DNA of 5,046 nucleotides from a virus (Duplodnaviria; Heunggongvirae; Uroviricota; Caudoviricetes): IMG/VR virus record IMGVR_UViG_2703718811_000010; one strand, 5' to 3'. Shown piece by piece: positions 1 to 4,298 of this stretch (position 1 is its first letter; each line of letters starts with the position of its first letter). The notes under the pieces were generated by a model. It saw only the letters and a program-made list of their open reading frames with translations, ran no database searches and was not told where the DNA came from. The position numbers and the translations under genes were made by a program.

Positions 1-126
1 AATTATTATTTCAGGACCATCCACCGGCCCTTCACCAATCGCATCAATCACGCTCATCATCTGCGTGGATTTGAGATTATCCTTTGCCTCAACCGGCGTG
101 TGCCCCTTGCCGCCACCTTTGCCCAT
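1..126 (-). CDS. J: Tail tip / host-specificity protein J, N-terminal 42 codons only; the gene continues beyond the window start
   Basis: Reverse complement of 1-126 translates from ATG (124-126) as MGKGGGKGHTPVEAKDNLKSTQMMSVIDAIGEGPVDGPEIII, which closely matches the N-terminus of lambda J as I recall it (MGKGSSKGHTPREAKDNLKSTQLLSVIDAISEGP...). Absent from the ORF track because it runs off the window edge. Weak SD (AGGGTGAG) upstream. Confidence 0.8.
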   Translation of the reverse strand, partial: MGKGGGKGHTPVEAKDNLKSTQMMSVIDAIGEGPVDGPEIII

Positions 127-157
127 TGTCTCACCCTTTACTGTGATAACTGTTACG

Positions 158-190
158 CACAAAAACAACAGGCATCCCGGAGGGTGCCTG
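158..190 (-). terminator. Candidate rho-independent terminator on the minus strand between I and J
   Basis: Minus-strand reading gives CAGGCA-CCCTCCGGGA-TGCCTG (GC-rich stem, plus coords 169-190) followed by TTGTTTTTGTG (plus 158-168). On the plus strand the same hairpin lacks a T-run. Confidence 0.4.
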
Positions 191-228
191 CATCATGACG
201 GAATAAAAATTCTGAATATCTTCACATT

Positions 229-256
229 TTCACAAACTGCCTGTGGCGCTGATAAT
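229..256 (+). promoter_or_regulatory. Sigma70-like promoter candidate (TTCACA - 16 bp - GATAAT)
   Basis: -35 TTCACA at 229-234 and -10 GATAAT at 251-256 with a 16-bp spacer; predicted start near 263. No ORF follows before the terminator at 327-358. Confidence 0.35.
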
Positions 257-262
257 TGCGCA

Positions 263-358
263 GCGTTACAGTTTTTTCGGGTCAATAAAAACAAAACTCC
301 TTTGTGGTTAATCTTCATTGTCTGTTCCCGCAGCCTCCATACACTGCGGGATTTTTTT
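263..358 (+). ncRNA. Candidate small RNA of about 95 nt, defined only by promoter plus terminator with no ORF
   Basis: Lies between the promoter candidate at 229-256 and the plus-strand terminator at 327-358; no ATG-initiated ORF of meaningful length on the plus strand. Purely structural inference. Confidence 0.25.
327..358 (+). terminator. Rho-independent terminator on the plus strand
   Basis: Stem CCCGCAG (327-333) / CTGCGGG (344-350), 10-nt loop, then A + T7 (352-358). The minus-strand version has no U-tract, so it is plus-strand specific. Confidence 0.5.
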
Positions 359-363
359 ATGCT

Positions 364-912
364 TTACCCCTGCCGCCCGATAACCACCACCTTCCCGCCA
401 CCACCTTCATCACGGGTGCTGATGTCCTGGGAGATTCGCCGGGAGCCAACCAGCATTTCACCGTAAGGCACCGGCATCGGGTTCCCCTGGGCAATCATGT
501 TATCCAGTGAGGAAAAGTACGTGTTCTGTTTGCCGTTATCCGTCGCCCTGTACTCCGGTGTTTTTGCCTTCGGGGCCAGCATCTGGGCCACACCACCCAG
601 CGACATGGCAGCCCCCATGGAAAACATAATATTGCTGGCTGCAATACCGATACCCGGCATCCAGATAGCAGCTGCAACCAGCGCAACGCCAAGAACCGCC
701 TGAAACACACCGCCACTTTTGGCTCCTTCAGTCCGGGGTACCAGATGAATGACATCCCCCGGGCTCAGTGGCTCATGCAGTCGGGTCGATATCTGGTCCG
801 GCGCAGTATCCTCACCGGCAATACGTACCCGGTACCAGCCTTCGTTCATCTGACGGCGGAATCCCGGCAGCTGCAGCGACAGCGCCCGGATGGCTTCCGC
901 TGCTGTGTTCAC
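364..912 (-). CDS. I: Tail assembly protein I homolog (lambda gpI family), N-terminally truncated; annotated from the in-frame GTG at 910-912, may be a pseudogene
   Basis: The ORF product contains AEAIRAL, GAKSGGVFQ, a hydrophobic Gly/Ala-rich segment, MLAPKAKTPEYRATDNGKQNTYFSSLDNMIAQGN, YGEM.VGSR and a C-terminal VVVIGR, matching lambda gpI as I recall it. In-frame homology (GDLQRFGRRLSLY) continues upstream of the GTG to about 951 with no ATG, and about 20 N-terminal codons are missing. Stop TAA at 364-366. Confidence 0.85.
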   Translation of the reverse strand: MNTAAEAIRALSLQLPGFRRQMNEGWYRVRIAGEDTAPDQISTRLHEPLSPGDVIHLVPRTEGAKSGGVFQAVLGVALVAAAIWMPGIGIAASNIMFSMGAAMSLGGVAQMLAPKAKTPEYRATDNGKQNTYFSSLDNMIAQGNPMPVPYGEMLVGSRRISQDISTRDEGGGGKVVVIGRQG

Positions 913-1331
913 ATACAGGCTGAGGCGGCGACCAAATCGTTGTAAATCCCCGTGAACTGTCGCTGCATGGATAACGGAATAGAATCAAGCGTACTGGACA
1001 ATGCCATCGCCAGCTTGCTGAGGGCGAAAACGCAGAAGTCTGAATCGATGAGCTTACCTTCGGTTACCTGATTTTTAAGTTTTTGAGCTACGACCTGTTC
1101 TTCTGTCAGTTCAGCTCTGGCCCGAAGCAGCCTTTCCTCCAGATCGCCCCCGTCATCAGGTGTTCTCTGATTGTGTTGTCGCCGCTCGCGATCTATCTCC
1201 AGTACAGTTTTAACGTCATAAAAAACTTCCCTCCCCCGACGCTCAACAGGAGGAACGCCCCATTTATCAAATGCCTGAACAGAGATACCGATGGAGGAGG
1301 CCATATCACTTTTATTCAATAAAAAGGCCAT
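909..1331 (-). CDS. nu1: Terminase small subunit, Nu1-like, C-terminally truncated (about 140 aa versus about 181 aa in lambda)
   Basis: Product ...SSIGISVQAFDKWGVPPVERRGREVFYD...DSDFCVFALSKLAMALSSTLDSIPLSMQRQF matches lambda Nu1 (...FGASIRTIQNWQEQGMPV...ETAFCTFVLSRIAGEIASILDGLPLSVQRRF). Start chosen at ATG 1329-1331 (MAFLLNKSD, aligning with lambda MEVNKKQ) with GGAGAGGAG just upstream; ATG at 1347-1349 is an alternative. The track ORF extends to 1436 but that stretch overlaps a cosB-like repeat. Similarity ends after QRQF and the frame stops at 909-911. Confidence 0.85.
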   Translation of the reverse strand: MAFLLNKSDMASSIGISVQAFDKWGVPPVERRGREVFYDVKTVLEIDRERRQHNQRTPDDGGDLEERLLRARAELTEEQVVAQKLKNQVTEGKLIDSDFCVFALSKLAMALSSTLDSIPLSMQRQFTGIYNDLVAASACM

Positions 1332-1363
1332 CTCCTCTCCATAAGTCATCGATAAAAAGCGAT

Positions 1364-1509
1364 ACAACAACCATGTGTTTTTACAAAACCATTTGATATC
1401 ATTGAATTTTTTCACATTAATGACATCAAAATACATCGTGAGGTTGTTGTATTTATTTTATTTTCACCTTACTTATCAATTAGATATACCAAACAATTAA
1501 ACAACAACC
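1364..1509. promoter_or_regulatory. cosB-like region with three 9-mer repeats arranged direct-inverted-direct (candidate small-terminase binding sites)
   Basis: ACAACAACC at 1364-1372, GGTTGTTGT (its reverse complement) at 1442-1450, ACAACAACC at 1501-1509, lying between the Nu1 start and cosN. The layout mirrors lambda R1/R2/R3; the repeat sequence itself differs from lambda, so this is an inference. Confidence 0.5.
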
Positions 1510-1518
1510 ACCCCCTCA

Positions 1519-1580
1519 AAAAATCTCATAAATAGCGAAAACGCGCGAGGTCGCCGCCCCGTAACCTGTCGGATCGCCGG
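1519..1580. other. cos: cos site (cosN cohesive-end sequence at 1548-1559 with flanking lambda-like sequence)
   Basis: Reverse complement of 1519-1580 reads ...GATCCGACAGGTTACG GGGCGGCGACCT CGCGCGTTTTCGCTATTTATGAGATTTTT, nearly identical to the lambda genome right end and left end as I recall them (…CGACAGGTTACG / GGGCGGCGACCTCGCGGGTTTTCGCTATTTATGAAAATTTT). Confidence 0.75.
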
Positions 1581-1755
1581 AAAGGACCCACAAAATAATA
1601 ATTATCATCTACATGTCACAACGTGCGTGTACGTCATCAAACCACGTCAAATAATCAATTATGACGCAGGTATCGTATTAATTGATCTGCTTCAAATTAA
1701 CGTAAAAGCAACTTCAGATAATACAAATCAGCAACACTGAATATGGGGCAACATT

Positions 1756-1917
1756 ATGTCATCAAAGAACAGAACCCGCAGAACAACAACCCGCAATATC
1801 CGTTTCCCCAATCACATGATTGAACAGATCAACAGCGCCCTTGAGCATAAAGGGTCCGGTAACTTTTCAGCGTGGGTTATTGAAGCCTGTCGCCGGAGAC
1901 TGACAACTGACAACTGA
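1756..1917 (+). CDS. Small basic protein (53 aa), predicted ribbon-helix-helix DNA-binding fold; function unknown
   Basis: ATG 1756 to TGA 1915-1917 gives MSSKNRTRRTTTRNIRFPNHMIEQINSALEHKGSGNFSAWVIEACRRRLTTDN. Basic N-terminal tail, short beta-strand-like NIRFP, a helix, a G-x-S turn (GSGNFS) and a second helix ending in RRRL fit the Arc/MetJ/CopG pattern. Below the ORF-track length cutoff. Only a weak SD (GGGG) and a weak -10 candidate GATAAT at 1717-1722. It resembles small conserved proteins found beside cos/nohA in E. coli cryptic prophages, but I cannot confirm family membership. Confidence 0.6.
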   Translation: MSSKNRTRRTTTRNIRFPNHMIEQINSALEHKGSGNFSAWVIEACRRRLTTDN

Positions 1918-1935
1918 CAACTGACAACTGACAAC
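1901..1935 (+). repeat. Tandem heptanucleotide repeat (TGACAAC) x4 plus one TGACAAG copy
   Basis: Perfect copies at 1901-1907, 1908-1914, 1915-1921, 1922-1928 and a variant TGACAAG at 1929-1935. The repeat covers the last codons and the stop of the 1756-1917 CDS. Confidence 0.95.
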
Positions 1936-2112
1936 TGACAAGAAAACATGCTAATCGCATAACAAGTTTAAAGAATGAGGCCAGAGGGTCGGACCGTTTC
2001 TCTGCCCCTTTATATAACTAATCTTTAACATTTCCGGCTTTACGATAACTTAAGGTTATTACCTACAGTTATTCCGAATTGAAATAATCCGTCACATTAA
2101 ATAAAACAAAAG

Positions 2113-2130
2113 AATAATAATAATAATAAT
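2113..2130. repeat. Trinucleotide microsatellite (AAT)6
   Basis: AATAATAATAATAATAAT at 2113-2130, about 23 bp upstream of the terminator hairpin at 2153-2183. Confidence 0.95.
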
Positions 2131-2152
2131 CTTCTACCCTTATCCAATCTTT

Positions 2153-2183
2153 ACTGCTGTGCGCCAACACAGCAGTTTTTTTT
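2153..2183 (+). terminator. Rho-independent terminator on the plus strand (T1)
   Basis: Stem ACTGCTGTG (2153-2161) / CACAGCAGT (2168-2176), 6-nt loop CGCCAA, then T8 (2176-2183). Most likely ends the transcript of the 1756-1917 gene after a 3' UTR of about 235 nt. Confidence 0.7.
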
Positions 2184-2718
2184 GATTATGCTCACATATT
2201 TTTTATTCCCCAGCCGTGCTGCACATTACACCTGTTTCTTTTCAATTCAGGCTTTTTCCAGGTATATCTGAATCTCATCCGGTGGCTTCTGCATCGTTAT
2301 CAGCAAAAAATACGGCCGCTACACTGACAAAAGCTCTCGAGAGCAGTTGCACCCATTTTTCGCTTAAAGATTCACTCAGTAAAATAAGGAGAAATTCACA
2401 ATCATGTTCAGGCGGCAAACATTATAAAATTAAAACGCCAGACTTGCATAAATAATCCTATGAAGGCTGAACATACTTAAAGCAGTGTGTTATATAAGAG
2501 TAAACAACACCCTATAAAAACCTGCCCCCACACACAAGGAGCCACAAAGGCAATTTTATACGCTCCAAACATTATTCAGAAAAGCTTAACAATAAGAAAT
2601 ATTCTTTTCGTCATTCATCTCAACTGTCTGATGGAAACCGCCCAGTCCCGCAACATGGAGCATAATATAAGTAAATAACGCATAGTAAGTATTATAATTC
2701 AGGCTCGATTATTTCGAG

Positions 2719-2746
2719 TTGAAAACAACTCTGAAAAAATGATAAT
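2719..2746 (+). promoter_or_regulatory. Sigma70-like promoter candidate (TTGAAA - 16 bp - GATAAT)
   Basis: -35 TTGAAA at 2719-2724 and -10 GATAAT at 2741-2746 with a 16-bp spacer and A-rich discriminator; predicted start about 2753-2755. Confidence 0.45.
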
Positions 2747-2752
2747 AAAAAA

Positions 2753-2822
2753 ATAACAACAATACTATTCTCTTCTGCATGTGCCATCACCTGCCGTTGC
2801 TACAACCCGGCAGGTTTTTTTT
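2753..2822 (+). ncRNA. Candidate small RNA of about 70 nt (promoter plus intrinsic terminator, no ORF)
   Basis: The space between the 2719-2746 promoter and the 2789-2822 terminator holds only a pyrimidine-rich single-stranded stretch (AACAACAAUACUAUUCUCUUCUGCAUGUGCCAUC) and the terminator hairpin. Inference from architecture only. Confidence 0.3.
2789..2822 (+). terminator. Rho-independent terminator on the plus strand (T2)
   Basis: Stem ACCTGCCG (2789-2796) / CGGCAGGT (2808-2815), 11-nt loop, then T8 (2815-2822). The minus-strand version is followed by TGATGGC, so it is unidirectional. Confidence 0.75.
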
Positions 2823-3022
2823 ATTGTCTAAACTCCAGTTTCTTCCACCATCGCACCGGACTGGCGACTATGAGGGGACAACGCCGCGCTCCGTTAACGC
2901 GGTAAACCCCGGTGTGTATCGTTTTTGATTATCCCCACACACTCTCGCAGAGGAGTCTCCCTGTCGGGCTGCGGTATCTGTTAATGCGGGAATACGGCGA
3001 CGATACGGCGCATCAGCAAAAC

Positions 3023-3490
3023 TTATTTCAGACACTGAGTGCTGATATATTCCTGCGCCCCTTCCAGCTGCTTCTGCATTGTCATCAACCGTTCTCTGAG
3101 GATGAAATAATCCCATTCAGCGGTGTCTGCCAGTCGGGGGCCGGTTGCATTATCCACGCCGGAGGTGGTGGGGGCTTCACGCACGGTACCGGAGCAGGTG
3201 GCGTTGATCCGCAGGCGCTTACGACCAGCGGCAACATCAGCACGCAGAGTTTCATTTTCAGCTCTCGCATCGGCTAATTCCCTCGAGTATTTTGCATCGA
3301 GCGCAGCAACATCGCGCTGGCGCTGCTGCATATCAGTAATGGTTGTGTTTGCCAGCTCCAGCTCTCTGGCTTTTTTATCGCGCTGCGCTTTGTAGGTGAG
3401 CGCGTTGTCACGGTAATGGTTTGTTGCCAGCCACAGCGCACCACAGCCAACCGCCAGGACAATAATCACCACACACAGAACACGGTTCAT
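3023..3490 (-). CDS. Rz: Rz i-spanin (inner-membrane spanin subunit)
   Basis: 155-aa product [48 protein letters not shown]...[24 protein letters not shown]...[33 protein letters not shown] matches lambda Rz nearly residue for residue, with an N-terminal TM anchor and coiled-coil-like middle. Stop TAA at 3023-3025. Confidence 0.93.
   Translation of the reverse strand: MNRVLCVVIIVLAVGCGALWLATNHYRDNALTYKAQRDKKARELELANTTITDMQQRQRDVAALDAKYSRELADARAENETLRADVAAGRKRLRINATCSGTVREAPTTSGVDNATGPRLADTAEWDYFILRERLMTMQKQLEGAQEYISTQCLK
3085..3270 (-). CDS. Rz1: Rz1 o-spanin (outer-membrane lipoprotein), nested in the +1 frame of Rz
   Basis: 61-aa product [61 protein letters not shown] with lipobox-like VSAC and proline-rich mature region, matching lambda Rz1 (…LPLVVVGC…[32 protein letters not shown]). 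It lies wholly inside Rz. Confidence 0.85.
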   Translation of the reverse strand: MRELKMKLCVLMLPLVVSACGSTPPAPVPCVKPPPPPAWIMQPAPDWQTPLNGIISSSENG

Positions 3491-3497
3491 CTCTCTT

Positions 3498-3647
3498 TCA
3501 CCCCACCAGTCCCGATAACGTCAGGACTCGCCAGGCGGTGGAAAAGAAAATGGCAACCAGCATGACTAAAAATGAAATGCCGACGATTACACAGAGGATC
3601 TTCGCCAGCGTTATGAGTTTATCCGATATCATTAGCCACCACTCCAT
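3498..3647 (-). CDS. Small hydrophobic single-TM peptide (49 aa), hypothetical; translationally coupled between the ant-like gene and Rz
   Basis: Minus-strand ATG at 3645-3647 overlaps the ant stop TGA (3647-3649) as TGATG; product [49 protein letters not shown] has one clear TM helix. Its TGA (3498-3500) sits 7 nt before the Rz ATG. Below the ORF-track length cutoff. No homolog recognised; could be a chance ORF. Confidence 0.4.
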   Translation of the reverse strand: MEWWLMISDKLITLAKILCVIVGISFLVMLVAIFFSTAWRVLTLSGLVG

Positions 3648-4216
3648 CAATCCGCCTTTGTTATTTTCCCTTTGCCTGTATCAGCCAGGACAAAATCAAT
3701 CAGCAGATTCGCTTCGTTTATCAATGTGCGGATTTTTGATACATGCGCGGCTTTAACCTGTTTCCACTCATTCAGCCCGGTAGCAAACACACTGGCAATG
3801 TTTTTATCCCGTTTCATGTCAGCGCAGGCCTGATTGAGTTCTTCCATCACACTCATTCGACGGGGATTAACGACACCCCCCTTCGTCCAGTATTCATAGA
3901 GAACATCGTCGCACTCTTCCTGATACTGGATTACCTTGTCGCGGATTTCGGGTTTTACTTTGTTGGGATTGATGGTTTGTAACCAGCCTGCAAGTTTTCG
4001 AAGTGGCAGGGACACCATATTGCGTCGTTTCCCATCCTCAGCAACCATAACGATTTCCGTTATAGTTGACGCAAAACGCTGTCTTAACTTAGCCAACTGT
4101 GATTGCCAGGCCAGCCCCATCCCCGCAACGACAGGTTTCATGGGAACGTATGGCTCACCGTTATGGTTAACCACATAAAGAGAATCGCCGTGAAACGGCA
4201 CGGTCATCATATTCAT
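3647..4216 (-). CDS. Phage antirepressor-like protein (AntA/Rha/Bro-N-type N-terminal domain by recalled motif), inserted between endolysin and Rz
   Basis: 189-aa ORF with a good SD (AAAGGAAATAACC) before ATG 4214-4216. N-terminal TVPFHGDSLYVVNHNGEPYVPMKPVVAGMGLAWQSQLAKL fits the F.G..L.v...nGEP.v....V...mGL......KL pattern of phage antirepressor N-terminal domains. The coding call is solid; the product name is from memory, and the C-terminal half has no family I recognise. Confidence 0.8.
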   Translation of the reverse strand: MNMMTVPFHGDSLYVVNHNGEPYVPMKPVVAGMGLAWQSQLAKLRQRFASTITEIVMVAEDGKRRNMVSLPLRKLAGWLQTINPNKVKPEIRDKVIQYQEECDDVLYEYWTKGGVVNPRRMSVMEELNQACADMKRDKNIASVFATGLNEWKQVKAAHVSKIRTLINEANLLIDFVLADTGKGKITKAD

Positions 4217-4217
4217 C

Positions 4218-4298
4218 GGTTATTTCCTTTTAGTGATGAACCCTGCGCACAGGAATAACCAGCCCAAAGAGGGTTAACCAGACCACTGCCGGTTATCC
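4218..4298 (-). promoter_or_regulatory. Cluster of GGTTA(W)NCC motifs in the ant leader, including an inverted repeat able to sequester the ant ribosome-binding site
   Basis: Plus-strand GGTTATTTCC (4218-4227), GGAATAACC (4252-4260, reverse complement GGTTATTCC), palindromic GGTTAACC (4272-4279) and GGTTATCC (4291-4298). In the minus-strand mRNA the middle element can pair either with the SD-containing GGAAATAACC just before the ant ATG or with the upstream GGATAACC. Confidence 0.35.

Noticed and set aside
65-466. 133-aa plus-strand ORF from the track
   Set aside because: Runs antisense to the J N-terminus, the I-J spacer and the 3' end of I; Pro/Cys-rich low-complexity product with no recognisable family and no RBS.
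304-945. Track ORFs 304-510 (+), 495-755 (-), 497-703 (+), 745-945 (+)
   Set aside because: All lie inside the tail assembly I coding region in alternative frames or antisense; the I frame has strong family similarity, these have none.
1083-1322. 79-aa plus-strand ORF
   Set aside because: Antisense to the Nu1-like gene; no RBS; product has no recognisable features.
1332-1436. N-terminal extension of the Nu1 ORF back to ATG 1434-1436 (the 175-aa track call)
   Set aside because: The extension overlaps a cosB-like repeat (1364-1372) and has no counterpart in lambda Nu1; the internal ATG at 1329-1331 aligns with the lambda start and has a strong SD.
1451-1500. IHF-like site (TATCAATTAGATA) between cosB-like repeats, analogous to lambda I1
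   Set aside because: Matches the WATCAANNNNTTR consensus only partially; too weak to annotate without comparative data.
1901-1935. Heptad repeat as a translational phase-variation switch for the 53-aa protein, or as a CRISPR-like array
   Set aside because: TGA occurs in every frame within three repeat units, so slippage cannot meaningfully change the product; units are contiguous 7-mers without spacers, so not CRISPR.
2216-2678. Track ORFs 2216-2455 (79 aa) and 2487-2678 (63 aa), plus strand
   Set aside because: No RBS, atypical low-complexity composition, no family resemblance; the region is better described as non-coding and possibly transcribed.
2823-3022. Expected bor-like lipoprotein gene on the strand opposite to Rz, as in lambda
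   Set aside because: No ORF with a signal peptide or lipobox and no Bor-like sequence found on either strand; only short repeats (ATACGGCG twice at 2992-3010).
2868-3462. Track ORFs 2868-3116 (-), 2912-3277 (+), 3123-3395 (+), 3274-3462 (-)
   Set aside because: Overlap Rz in other frames or antisense; Rz and Rz1 account for this DNA with strong homology.
3538-4178. Track ORFs 3538-3756 (+), 3743-3982 (+), 3936-4178 (+)
   Set aside because: Antisense to the ant-like gene and the small TM ORF; no RBS and no recognisable domains.
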